The position numbers and the translations under genes are program-made. Below, piece after piece: positions 50,488 to 62,400 of a stretch of 63,711 bases of DNA; position 1 is the stretch's first letter, and every line of letters begins with the position of its first letter. The notes below the pieces were generated by a model that did no database searches, was not told the DNA's origin, and saw only the letters and a program-made list of their open reading frames with translations. The stretch spans positions 26,102,001-26,165,711 of the forward strand of contig NC_135770.1 of assembly GCF_052425735.1 (NCBI RefSeq), in the 5' to 3' direction. The DNA comes from Oculina patagonica (lineage: Eukaryota).

Positions 50488-52039
50488 GCATATCTATCTA
50501 GCTAGCGATCTGTCCAATCTGTAATACTAATTCCAGTTTAATGGGTTTTTTTTTTCGTTTCAAGATTCCTGCGGGCCCCTTTCGAATATCATCTCACAGT
50601 GCTATTACGATTATTCACCTGAAGACGAGGACACGACACTGCTCAGTCTACCAGGATGGAAACCTCTCCCCAGCAATACAACATGGCCAAAGGCCCTGCA
50701 AATGTGCCCAAAACCTTGGCGTTATCAAACAGCTGAGGAACTAGACAATGATCCAATTAAAGCCTCCTACAATTCATATGAAGGAGGTGGCTATGCTGCC
50801 GTGCTAGGTTATGACGAAGAAACTGCCCTCGGGGTCTTAGATGAAACATTTGGACATGGATGGGTCGATCGCCAGACTCGAGCGGTTATCCTAGAATTCG
50901 CAGTTTTCAACGTGAATACAAACTTGATAAGCATCGCTACCTATTTTTACGAGATGATTGCTGCTGGCTCTGCCTATACTTCAAATAGAGTAGATACACT
51001 CGAGTTGTACAGTACAGAGTCAGGGGCTCTAATGTTCTATCTGATTTGTCAGTTTCTGTTTATGGGTATGGTTCTCTTTAACTTCATTGTAATGCTGGTC
51101 CACCTTTACCGACAACGCCTTGGATTTTTCAAGTCTGTCTGGAACATGGTTGACTTCTTAATGATTGTGTCTTCTGTAGCATCAGTTTTGTTCTATATGT
51201 TTAGATCCAAAAGTATAATGCAGAGCATCAAAGCAATCCAAGTAAATCCCTATGAAATTGTGCACTTTCACGCAGCCCTAGACTGGGCTAACTTGGAAAA
51301 TGCCTCGATCGCTGTTGCAGTTTTTATGGTGACACTGAAGCTTTTGAATCTCATCCGCTTCAACCCTTACGTGATTTTCTTGTTCTCATCCTTCCGCCAG
51401 TCTGTGGGTTACCAGCTGTCCTACCTGTTTGTCTTTCTGATCGTCTTCAATGCATTTGTCATATCGGGAATGACATTTTTTGGTGGCACAATCCTTAACT
51501 ACTCAAGCTACATGCAAGCAGTAATCTCGCAGTTTCAATTTCTCTTAGGAACCGCTGTGCCAATTGATGACCTTCGCAATGACAAGCCGTTTATTGGCCC
51601 AACATTCGCTTTGTTGTTCATGTTATGCATGACTATAATCCTGATGAATATGTTGGTTTCTGTCCTGAATGAGTCCTACACTGATGCCAAGACAAACATT
51701 GAGGAGAGTGCCGAGCAGCTCGAAATGGCCCGATTCATTGGTGAACGTTTTATGGACATGTTCCAGGAAGGCAAAAGGAAACCTGAGTTCAAGCTATTTT
51801 GCGACGACACAACGTTCACGAACATGTGTGTCTCTACAGCAGAGCCATTCTGTATGAATTCTGAAAGTGTCGTCCAGTGTACCGAGCAGAGACTAGATAA
51901 AGTTGAAAAACGTTTATTCGCTCTTACTCGAAGATCGCAAAACATAGAGGCTGATAGTTTGAAGGAAGAAGCTGAGTTCCTTGATCTCGTTTTGCTGATT
52001 ACCAATCCTTCTACCCGTCAAGAATCAACCCTTCATTAA
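26791..52039 (+). CDS. Polycystin-1-like (PKD1L2/REJ-like) receptor-channel, copy B, complete, ~2423 aa: SP-F5/8C-F5/8C-cbEGF-cbEGF-REJ-GAIN/GPS-TM1-PLAT-TM2-5-polycystin channel-coiled coil
   Basis: 19 exons: 26791-26817, 27232-27298, 33462-33802, 34131-34269, 34650-34978, 36203-36341, 38463-38588, 39183-39314, 39588-40302, 40634-41207, 42028-42243, 42776-42925, 43587-43769, 43984-44205, 45233-45946, 46884-47120, 48042-49358, 50074-50242, 50565-52039. Sum is 7272 nt (divisible by 3) and all phases join. Motifs: WLQIDL..VATQGR (F5/8C), D(V/I)DEC (cbEGF), [17 protein letters not shown] (GPS), [11 protein letters not shown] (PLAT), WVDRQTRAV and LWNMVD-type (polycystin channel). Orthology to a specific vertebrate PKD1L gene is not established. 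Confidence 0.9.
27483..27678 (-). mobile_element. tRNA-derived SINE
   Basis: Minus strand GGTGGCCTCATGGTTAGTGCGCTGGAC...GTGTTCGAGCCCTGGCCGGGG followed by TGGGCAAGACACTTT...GGTAACCCTGCGATGGAC body. Confidence 0.75.
28080..28491. mobile_element. Tc1/mariner-pogo-type MITE
   Basis: TA TSD; TIR CCGTATTTATTCGATTAAGCGCCC / GGGCGCTTAATCGAATAAATACGG; interrupts a Tyr codon of the GIY-YIG frame. Confidence 0.85.
29132..31424. repeat. Tandem satellite, ~125-bp unit, 18 full copies plus a partial
   Basis: Unit GTTTAACTGTCCCGCGCTGCGAAATCATTTCAAAGTCAAAGCA...ACGCGCGTCACAAAATTTAGTAAAAGAAGGCCGCCATT. Confidence 0.95.
31453..31800. mobile_element. MITE with 17-bp TIRs, TA-flanked, nested in the 4-kb element
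   Basis: TA|CTTGGCTTCACACTAGA ... TCTAGTGTGAAGCCAAG|TA. Confidence 0.75.
33462..34269 (+). CDS. F5/8 type C (discoidin) domain 1 of copy B (2 exons)
   Basis: [22 protein letters not shown]...WLQIDL...VATQGR...|[46 protein letters not shown]. Confidence 0.9.
34650..36341 (+). CDS. F5/8 type C domain 2 of copy B (exons 34650-34978, 36203-36341)
   Basis: [21 protein letters not shown]...WLQIDL...VATQGR...|[46 protein letters not shown]. Confidence 0.9.
36458..36760 (-). mobile_element. Penelope-like retroelement 3' remnant
   Basis: Minus strand HLKEDH...[41 protein letters not shown] (36760-36585), then CTTGATAATGATGACATGATGTCACCGAAACGTCGT. Confidence 0.75.
37040..37530. mobile_element. P-element-like MITE (CA...TG ends, 7-bp TSD)
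   Basis: TSD ATACCGA at 37033-37039 and 37531-37537; imperfect TIRs CAGAGACCCATAAGGGTT / AACCCTTATGAGTTTCTG. Confidence 0.65.
46884..47120 (+). CDS. GPS autoproteolysis motif + first TM helix exon (copy B; copy A 11645-11881)
   Basis: HLKCLCNHL|[16 protein letters not shown] followed by hydrophobic [21 protein letters not shown]. Confidence 0.9.
48042..49358 (+). CDS. PLAT/LH2 domain + TM2-TM6 exon (copy B)
   Basis: [21 protein letters not shown]...[16 protein letters not shown]...[26 protein letters not shown] and several hydrophobic helices. Confidence 0.9.
50278..50416. other. Assembly gap (139 N) in intronic microsatellite
   Basis: N run at the position of the (ATCC)n tract of copy A. 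Confidence 0.95.
50565..52039 (+). CDS. Polycystin (TOP) domain, channel S2-S6 and C-terminal coiled coil exon (copy B; copy A 16121-17595)
   Basis: [59 protein letters not shown], heptad-like [20 protein letters not shown]. Confidence 0.9.
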
Positions 52040-54461
52040 ATCCTTTCAGTCACAGGATTAGATTAAATCACACGTACATGCGTTTTTAGCTATTATATCT
52101 GTTTTTTTATCACAATCTATCTGTTTTTTTTTTTTACTGATTTGTTAGCACTTCAAAGTTAGTTTAAGATTATCAAGAACTGTTCAAATTATTCGTTGTT
52201 CACAACATTGTTCCAGGTCGAGAGAGCCAAGGGTAAAGGGGGTGTAGTGAATCATCGGTCGCTTTACGCAACAGAAGCTGGTTTTCAATATCCAGTTAAA
52301 CCAAACTGGTCTGGCAGGCTTTTTATTGTCATTTGAAATGGCACGTTTCTCTCTGTTTTTTTTTTTAATGCACAAGATGGGGCACCCCAGCATCCTATCG
52401 CTGCTGCACGCGAGCTGAAATGGTTTTAAGCGCCGTAGAAAGTTTTCGTGCATTCGAGATAAGCTGTAAATGGTTTCGTTTTAAGTTTTTCAGGTTTTGT
52501 TTTGTTTCTGTAGTGTAAAAGTAGCAGAGAAAAAATATTCCGTTATCAAGAAATTATAATACTATAGAGTATGGAAGAAGTGCCGCTTGCTGAATATGGA
52601 AATTTCGTCTATAGGCCTAAGAGGATTGCCAGAACAAAGCACGGAGCCTTGGTTCCGATTAGAACTAGCATTTTCCCACTTTCTCGCTGAGACGATGGAG
52701 ACTTACGGTCCCTGAATATGATATATCAGTTTTAAAAACGAAACTAAAACAAACAAAAACCAAAAACCACAAGCACTTAAAATTTATGATAAACAACAAT
52801 GTTGTCAACTTGAACAGTGCGAATTGTGTGAAAATGACGAGGAAGAAACTCTGGCGTTGTACTTAAATATTTGATTACGATAGCTGCTGGTTTTCTTCAA
52901 ACTTAATACTAAATATTATGTTAAAGAACACAATTGTCTATTTAATAAAGCAAATTTTCTCACTGTTCATAACTCTTCCTAATTACCTCAGACTGAGAGC
53001 AACAATCAAACAATCTGGTTTCTCATGCGGTAAATTTGGGCGGTGTTAATCAATACACTGAGCCTGCTCGATAACTAAATAGCGCCACTGACCAGAAAAA
53101 TCCTTTTTCATTTCGAAAATGGAAAACGGTGTTGGAAATCGCTTTTTGTTCCTATCGGTGCAAATTCAAGGGGTCTCGATAGAGTATTTCTAAACCATAC
53201 CTTACATTGTCAGTGGCCGTTCACCAGTCTTCCCAGACTCGGATCCAGATGAAATTTTCACCAGATATTGGTCTGTTAGTAGCTATTTTAGGGCAATAGA
53301 TATTACCATGGCAACGATAGAAAAACGAAATCAGTGAAACTTGAATTTTACACGAATCAGATTTGGTGTATAAATTATGAGACCACTATCCGAAGAGCAA
53401 TGATGTATTGCAAAAAAAAAGATCAAATTTAAAAGAACAAAAAAAAAATCGTAAAAGCATTTCAAACCGTAAGCGTATGCACGGCCTAGCCTTCACAGAC
53501 TGCCAACGCCCCGTAACAAGTCATCACACTCGGTCAACAACCATCACAAATCGTAGGAGACCGACATAAGGAGACAAAACGCTCACAATTGCACCCCGTC
53601 AAAAACGTTCACATACAGTCACAAGCAGCCATTGTCATGGCAACAGGAGAAAGTCATGGGCACATAGTTGGCATGTCAAAATTTGCGCAAGGGATGAATA
53701 AACAGGTTCGGAAGATATCAGCATCACAGAGTAAAACCCCTTTTTCAAAATTACGAAAAAACCTCGAGTGCGTTTGCATCCATGGCGTCCATTTTTTATT
53801 AGTAACTCTAAACGTGCGAGAGGATTATATGTCCATGCAATGCTCTAAAGTAAGAAAGGAGTCTGAAATATTTAATTCCGTGTGTGAGTAACTGTATATG
53901 AACAAATCGGAATAAGGGTTCCCATGTCCTCAAAATAAACACGAGAGGAAGTTCGACAGAACCCGTAAGTTCATGCGAACCCGAGCCGCTTGCTATACCA
54001 TAAAATTGGGATAATACGATCCTCACTTCCATCGAGAAATGACCTCCCTACCCCTACCCTTAGAAAAAAAGAAAGAAATAGACACAAGAGTATGATCAAG
54101 TACTGCTGGATAGTTTTCTATCTTGATTAATGTCATTGCAATGCATCGGTGACTTACGAAGTTTGTCCGATGATTCAAGAACTTGTTTTGTGTTGTCTAT
54201 TTCCCGTTTTTTGTGACGTTTATACAATATTCCTCCTTACTTCCATCGAGAAATACCCCCCCCCCCCCCCTCTCCTAGATATAAAAGAAAGAAAAAAACA
54301 TAAGTGTATTATCTTCCGTTTTTCAGCAAAGCCACTTCTGCACATCAAGTACTATTGCGGGTTTTCTATCTTGACTAATGTCATTGACTTGAACTTGTTT
54401 TGTGTTTTGTGTGTTTCACTGACGTTGTTTTGCGAGCTCGAGTTTAATGCAACATTCTGTA

Positions 54462-54579
54462 TCGGACGCTAAGTACCATGAAACAACAATCCCGATTTTC
54501 TTTTAGATGTTGCGTAGTTCTCGGACGCTAAGTACCATGAAACAACAATCCCGATTTTCTTTTAGATGTTGCGTAGTTC
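54462..54579. repeat. 59-bp perfect tandem duplication
   Basis: TCGGACGCTAAGTACC...GCGTAGTTC twice; single at ~25554. Confidence 0.9.
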
Positions 54580-54833
54580 ATATACTGAAGTCCTTGAAAA
54601 AACGAAAGCCCAACTAAATCAATCTATCAGAAATAATCTCACGTCTTTTTTAACCCATGACCATAAAATGATTTCAAGGCTTACTGTCTGAATTTTACTG
54701 AAGCAGAATGCGATCAAAAAAGATGGACTTCATGCTTTATGTGCATGTTTTAAAGCGAAGTTAAGAAGCAAAACCAAAGAAGTAAAACTGAATTTGCAAT
54801 GGAGAACAATGACGTTTCTTTGTAGTCGCCAAT

Positions 54834-55060
54834 AGCGATCTTCAGATTGGACTACGAGTACAAGATTGAGTACGAGTACGAGTTTTCAAACCAAATTGGT
54901 ATGCCTCCTATAATCACTTATCACACCAATCTTATCCCTAACGTTTTATGTGTTAGTCAGCAACTGGAAAGAGTTATAGTTTTGGGAATATAATTGTGTC
55001 GAAATTCCAAAGTCGTACTCGTACTCGATCTCGTACTCGTGGTCAAATCTGAAGGTCGCT
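54834..55060. mobile_element. MITE with GAGTAC subterminal repeats (Harbinger-like)
   Basis: TIRs AGCGATCTTCAGATT / AATCTGAAGGTCGCT; absent at ~25866. Confidence 0.75.
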
Positions 55061-56009
55061 AAAATCTTGTTTTCGACAATATATCATGTTATTGAATCTA
55101 TTATCAGACACAAATTATAATGAATTTCCACATAAAGGTAAAGGTACACAATAGCTGTTATTACAGTTAAGCCTGCCATAAAATATATCCTTACGAGGCA
55201 AAAGGGTCAACGCATACTTCAAAAGAGCATTACGTCTCCGCGCCGGTTTAAATGGGTCTTGAAATGGGCAATACCGCTGGAAATTGTAGGCTGAAGGCTC
55301 CATTTATTTCTTTGGGTATAAGTTTCGGCAGCCACCGAAAACGTGTCGCACAACTTCGGTTTTATTCGTTTCTAAAAAGGTGAGATATTTTGGAAGAAGC
55401 CGCCCAAGTGACTTCAAAAGACGGAACAATAGCGCAATTAACCTACCTTGAGCGAACGGAGTTGTGAACGTATCCTTTTGTTCTTGAAGTGTGATTGAAC
55501 GTCTGATAACCACTGCAGACATTTTGTAGATTTAAGTCTTTCGCACTGTATTGTTAGCTTTTATCTTTATATATTAGTAAAGAGCGTGTTGAGAGCTTTA
55601 AAAAGAGATCTTGAACGAGTTGTTTTGATCGTTGGAGGCGAAATTAGTTTTGTTTTCTCCGAGCGCGGAGCGGCGGTCTCAATTTACAGAGTTAATTATG
55701 CGTAACTCTGCAGGTAGCCACACGTGTATTATATATAGTGGGGCGGATATGTGCTAGAATCGTTCACTTTGTGTTAGAAGTACGAAATTTGGTGGATAGG
55801 TAGTTTTTGACGTGTTGATGGATATCTGATATAGTGCCACTGCAAAAATTCGACGTGAGCTGAGTTAAGAGGGTGTTTTAAAATGGTCTCCATCTTGAAC
55901 CGGAAATGGAATTGTAACTTAAGAGTAAAGCCGTAAACATTAAAGTGTTTTACGTCAGGACCAGTGTAAAAACTGTCGTCAATGATGTGCGCAGGCAGCT
56001 GTCTGTTAA

Positions 56010-56369
56010 AGGAGCTATGTCACAGGATTTCGCAGATTTTTGATCGTAACTGTCCTGGAATTAGTAGTAGGCAACTAAAACCATAAAAAAAATTATCTTT
56101 GAACATCTAAAGGAAGATGTAACCTAAATTTGCGGAAAGAAATGAACCTACGGCCATAAATATCAATTTTATGATGATGCGCAGAAACATCTTGAAAACG
56201 TTTGCCCAACATTTTCAAGTTGCAATCCGTTTCCATCTGATTGTGATCCATCCACAGCCAAAGATGCCCATTAACAGTTTCAGTGCTTGAATATAGCAAT
56301 TTTAAATAAAAATGGACTATTATTATTAGGTTTCCTGCGACACAAATATAAATTCCGTGACATAGTCCC
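56010..56369. mobile_element. Kolobok-like MITE nested in Academ coding remnant
   Basis: TTAA|AGGAGCTATGTCAC ... GTGACATAGTCCC|TTAA. Confidence 0.75.
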
Positions 56370-56674
56370 TTAAGGAGGGCAGACAATTTGTGATGCCATC
56401 CTACCGATCATAGCAGCTCTGTTAGAACATTCCAAACACACTGTTTTGCAAGCTGGTTACATTTGGGAACAAGCTCTGATTCTAATCCATACAAGCCAAT
56501 TAAGTCCACAACACTGAAGCTGGACCTTAGATGGTGATTTGTGGAGGCCTTTCTGGACCATAGTATCAGACATGATGGGTTCCTGCCAAGAACTTGTTCA
56601 TTGCGGCTGAAAGAAGGGCTGCCGTAGGCAGTGTTCCTGCATGAAGGCTTTCTTACACTGTACTGCCCTCTGCG

Positions 56675-57832
56675 ATGCATGGTTCAATTCTAACTGTTAC
56701 CATGTTTCCCCGGGCATACCCCGGAGATTTGTCATTTTTTAATGTTTTGCTGGTCAATTCCCCACCCCCGGGCACTCACAAAGAGAAATTCTCCTCCCTG
56801 GGACACACTATATACCTCATTTTGTGTACAAAATAAAACGACAATACCATTTTCTGTATAATCAGAACAAAAACCAGACGCTTTGTCGAAAACTTGAATG
56901 CCAGAAACCAAAGAAAAAACTTCAACCCTGCATTTCCTCGATAGAAAGAATCTTCGAACCAGCCACTGTCTTATTCTAAATATCGGCACATACATACACC
57001 GCGGGTCCGAAACAAATTGATGATGACAGCAAATTGAAGTAGTTCTTTAAAAACCACTGGATTGAGATCTGCATCCGCGCTAAATGTAAGGTCCATAAGT
57101 TCTAGCTTTCTTACTGTCTCATTTTCATAATAGTAATAAAAATTGTTACCACAGAAGAATCACACCTCAAAATACATGTGGTTGCCTGCATCGCTGATTA
57201 GGCATAAATAGATTGTGCTCGGCAGCTTTTGAGCAACTTTTTGTAGTACCAGCAACCTAGGGCATTTTTTGCCTTCCTTGGCAACTTTTGAGCAACAAAT
57301 TGTTATAAAACCGATCCAAACCATAAAAGGTCGTTTCATTTCAAAGGATTATATTTAAACTGGTTTAATCAAAACTGATTTTTTTTAAACTTAAAATATA
57401 CAATAAAATGACAATAAAATAACACTTGCTTTACGCCCACGATGGACATCAGCATCTATCTAACGTCGCTAAATCAGAGTATCGCTGCAACAGAGCCGCC
57501 GCCGGCTTTTTGGTATTTGCAGTGCACACATGGCAAGCAAAAGAGAAATAAAATGGAAAAGAGAGCAAACAACTCCAAATTGGTGGCAACGATATTGAGC
57601 AACCGTTGGGAATGTGAAGCAACTCTCTGAAGACCAGCACACAACAGCCACGCGAGCAAAGCAAAATACCAGAAACAAGGAACCAAAAGATGGACTGCAC
57701 CGCCCCCTCCCCAAGGACCAGTCCACCAAACAACCACACCCCGGGCCGAAGGGCCGGACTTGTCCTGGGGATTGCCTGGGTGAGGAGGCTTGGAGGGGGG
57801 GAGGGGTTAACAGGTAAAATTGAACTATGCAG
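56675..57832. mobile_element. Non-autonomous TIR element nested in Academ
   Basis: TGCATGGTTCAATT ... AATTGAACTATGCA with G/C-run subterminal regions. Confidence 0.55.
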
Positions 57833-59480
57833 TTGTATCCTGATGGGCGAGGCAACATATGCAGCGACTCTCTGAGTTTGAATGGCTTTTGTTTTATTGC
57901 TCAAGAATACCTAACCTTTTGCAAAATTTTGGTTTAGACATAACAAGCAGTCTATTGTACTTGAATGTATACGATGTATCTGTAACTCAAACACATCATA
58001 AAAGAAGTTTTTAAAAGCAGGAGAGCCAAACAGCTTGTAATTAGGACGAGAGAGGCAACATACTTGAAAAATAAAGAGTTTTTCAAGACAGATAAAGGTT
58101 ATTTTAAGATTGTTTTCACCACTTCCGGTTTAAAATGGCGGCCATTTTGAATATTTTATGTCTTTGTATCAGTCTTGTATTTTGTGGCTTAAAATTACAG
58201 CAATTTTTTTTATATACTAAAATTTGATTCCTCTGCTTACTTTAGGACCATTTTCAGGGCAAACAATTTAATGTTCAGGCTTTATTCTTAAGTTACTATT
58301 CCACTTCCGGTTCAAGATGGCGGCCATTTTGAAACACCCTCTTAACTCAGCTCACGTCGAATTTTTGCAGTGGCACTATATCAGATATCCATTAGCACGT
58401 CAAAAACTACCTATCCACCAAATTTCATGCTTTTAACACAAAGTGAACAATTTTGAACAAAATCTGCACATATCCGCCCTGAGATTTTATTCTAGCTTTC
58501 TAAGTGCACATAAAGCGATATATTAATCGGGGATTAACTTTAATTTAGTCTAACAAAGCAATAAGCTACCGTAAGTGAGTGCTTTTTTTTTGTAACCCGC
58601 CATGTTTTATGTGTCAAAGCGTTGTCGTCTGTTCACTGCAGAATAAAAACAAGGGATTTGATATTTTGATTTTTCCGCAATGCAGAAATGAACCTTTTGC
58701 CATGTTTGTATATCGCTGAGAATTGTAACAACAACTATTTGTGCCAATGGGTTTTAATTTAACGCTGATAAGCCAGTATTTAACTTTTTCTGCAACGAAA
58801 ATCAAGCCGATCTTCAATCAACCATCACAAAAATTCTATACTGCAATCAGAATACGCATTAAAATTTCCCTTGGAGATGAAAACAAAATACAAAATTGTT
58901 ATGGTAAAACACTCTTAATATTTTATCTTGAAGCTAAAGGTGGTAATACCCCCTGTTAACACTTATTTCGGACATGTTTATTCAAAAATATATGGGACTT
59001 AATACAACTGTTAATATAAATTTATTTACAAGTATATTCCAATTTTCCTTCTTTTTTTTTCTAGTAAACTCAGCTCCTTCTACGGTGTCAACATTTCTAT
59101 AAACTTATTTTATGCATTGGAAAAAAAAATCGTCCAGTGCGACGATTTTCCTCTCGATGAAGTGTGAAGTCCTGAATTTTCTTCTACGGATTACTAACAA
59201 CATCGTCATGTCAACCACAAATTAACCTTTGTCATCGTCTTATTAATTAATCGCCATATTTTCAAAATTGAAGTTGACGTTTCTAGAACGTCAACTCCCA
59301 TTATTTTGTAAGGACTTCCGATAAAATATTGATACGCTTTTCTTTCTTCTGAAAAATAATCCCCAAAGGATCTGCTTATATTCTCAGTGAAAATAAAATT
59401 ATGTAATAGACGAATTAAGGAGCTTCAGTCGTCTTTGAAGACCTTTTTGTGTTGTAATCGATGTGACCAGAAAAATAATT

Positions 59481-62400
59481 ATGGAGGAACTGTCGTTGTC
59501 ATCCAAGGTAATGTCATCTTTATGTTTTGCCTCGAATAAAATAAAATAAACAAAATCTAATATGAGAACATTTCGAATTACAGTTGACAGTGAGCGAAAT
59601 TAACCTACGACGTTTCGAAGTCATCTTGACTACATTATCAAGTAGAAAGATAAAACGGTTGAAGTTTCGAGTTTAAATACAAGCAACAACCGCTATATCA
59701 TTCTACTTGATAATGGAGTCAAAATGACTTCAAAACGTCGTTGCTCAATTTCGCTCATTTTCACTATCAATTAAGCAAAATCTATTTCCAAATAAATGGA
59801 TCTATGCTACCTGATTCAAAGAGCAAAGATAGTGATATAACGTCGTTGTTTAATTTCGCTCATTTTAATTTTCATTGTCAATTAAATGGAATATATTTCC
59901 AAATAAATGGATCTATGCTACTTGATTTAAAGAGCATAAAGAGTTATATTTATTTTCTTCAGAAAGCAACGGTTTGGCTTTTAATCCAGGGCATAGTGCT
60001 GATAACAGAAGGAGGCCTAGCATATGGAGGTATATGAGTCTGTTATAACTATGATAATTTTAATATTAAGTTTAACGAATAAAGGCAGCGCAATTGAACC
60101 AAGGATCTTACTTTAATTACATTTATTTTGTCCAAGACAATTTAAAAAATATTCAGCGACTTGCAAATAAGCTAAAAAATTTTTATCCCAGCCATTTATC
60201 CACACAACATTTTAAAGCCAATGTAAGGCGTGAAACCAAGGTTGCCGCGTTTGTTTGACCTAATTAGAGACGTCGTTAAAAACAAACATTTATAAAATTT
60301 CAAAATCTAATACCTTTTATTATCACTGGTGAGTTAAATCCTCTTCAATTTCGCGACTCATTATATGTAAAAAAAAAAGTTGCCGTTGACATAATTTGGT
60401 CACATGCGTACACAGTCATATTGCCATCACAGACTGCAAGATGCGGCTTCTGCTAATATTAATGTACTTATTCCTGTTGGCTGCACCTCTGGCAGTAGAA
60501 AATTAGTGCAGTGAACTTTTTTCAACACATTACACAGACGACTACTTTAAAACGATCAGTAGCTATAATGATTTACAGAGCTAAATTTTCAAGATATATA
60601 TTTTAAATTGAACTAGACGCTAAGGTAAATACGGCATTTCTTTCGCTTTGTTCACATTATAATTCACATGTGCTCCAATATATTTAGGACTTGTGTGAGA
60701 ACGTGTCATGCAATATATTGTAACGAAACGGCGTTTAGTGCACGTGCCGTTTTTAGTGCACGAGCTTGTAAAGATCGTTATATCGCGAAGAGTAAGCATA
60801 GTGAAGTCATGTGCGAAGGATAAATAGAACTTGCGCTTTCCTGTTGTGTGGTGTATGTGAGTAAGACTCAGAGTACAGTTGTTATTCAGTTCGAAGTGCT
60901 GAAGTAATAAAAGTAATTGTGGACGAAGACGGCCGTTACAATATTATTCTATATTCAGAAGATTTTTGCCCCGAACAATTTGTCGATCACAAATGGCTTT
61001 AACACTTCGAATTCTATTATGTTTTTATATTATTATTTCTATAGGTCACCAGGCGAATTTGAATCAATTTTCTTCCAAATGCTGGAGCATCTGTCGTTCA
61101 AAAACAAAATTGCAGTAATGGAGAGATAATTTATGATCCTGATTGATTCCTTAGTAAAGTGACTTTCAAGTCACTTTACTCTGATCATTGGCCCGAACTT
61201 TGAAACTCGAGCGTTATGTACCGACTAGGACGCTACGCTCAAGCAGTGAATTTCAATTGAACACAAACTATGTACAAGGAACTTTCAAACGTAGCGCATC
61301 GAAAGCTTTAAAAGTTCTCCCAAGAATAATACGAGAATCCAGCAGACCGCACGAGTTTCACCGCCTCTCCAAAGCCAACTTCGAGAGTAAAGCCGCAGAC
61401 AATTCATTAAAATATGTTTTATCTTACAATTTATAAGTTTATTTCATTCTTTTAAACACATTGTATATTTCACCATAATTTAAACTTTTCATTTTTTTAG
61501 CATTTAATACCAAAATACCTCCCGAAAGTAACCAAAACGAAAACTTTATCGCCTACTAGAACAGATATTATTGTAATAAAGAAGATAATGTTTTTTTTTC
61601 TTTTTATTGACTCCTGTATGCGAGGCATTTTCTGCTTAGAGATACTACTATGTGGCGTAGTAGTCTTCTTGGCTTTAAAGTAACAAAGTTATTTGACATT
61701 TACATTTAATTATATATTGTGTTGTAATTATTATTATTTGTGCAAAATTTAAACGTGCGAAAATAAAGGTACAAAGTTAAGGTTCAAGTTTGGTAGTCTT
61801 GCATAAAGAATGAACGAATTACTAAATTGTTGTTTGCTTATTTCTTCACTAACTCAGCATGTTTCGACAACGCTGTCGGTGTTTCTAGTCTCAGTATCAT
61901 CCCTGGCGGCTTTATCACAGCTAGCACTGCAAGGAGTAGTTCCCACCAACCATATTACGGGCGATTAAACGGTGACAGAGGGGATGGATGGTGCGCAAAA
62001 TTAGATGATAATACTCCTTACGACTGGCTACAGATTGACTTCGGAAAAGTCATTGAAGTTTGTGGTGTTGCTACTCAGGGAGACATAAATAGCAATGAAT
62101 GGCCAATAGAATTCAAGCTGCATTTCTCATCTGATGGTAACAACTTTAAAAGGTATAAAGATGGAAACGGTGCAAAAATGGTAAGATTTGATCGTATTTA
62201 TACAGAAAACACAAAAACTGAAACGTTTCTGTAAAGGTCGCATAACTGACCAGTCCAGTTGACCGGGATTTAATTCAAGGAAAGAAAATGGCGACAGATA
62301 AAGTTGCATCGCTCGCGACTATCGTAGCTTTATTGACAAGTGTAACTTTAGTAATAAATCTTAAGGTTATTACCATACTTCTAAAGTGGAAATACTTAAA

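Larger units (their letters stand above)
55736..58479 (+). mobile_element. Internally deleted Academ DNA transposon
   Basis: ~200-bp TIRs starting TAGTGGGGCGGATATGTGC; degenerate transposase C-terminus at ~55970-56675: VNDVRRQL..AALLEHSKHTVLQAGYIWEQAL..W..W..SCQELVHCG*KKGCRRQCSCMKAFLHCTALC (CXC-like). Confidence 0.7.

Noticed and set aside
50541-50744. Apparent frameshift in copy B's last ORF
   Set aside because: The T11 vs T10 difference lies in the intronic polypyrimidine tract; the exon starts at 50565 and is in frame.
57442-57904. Cluster of ORFs on both strands
   Set aside because: GC-rich subterminal region of a nested non-autonomous element; no recognisable domain.
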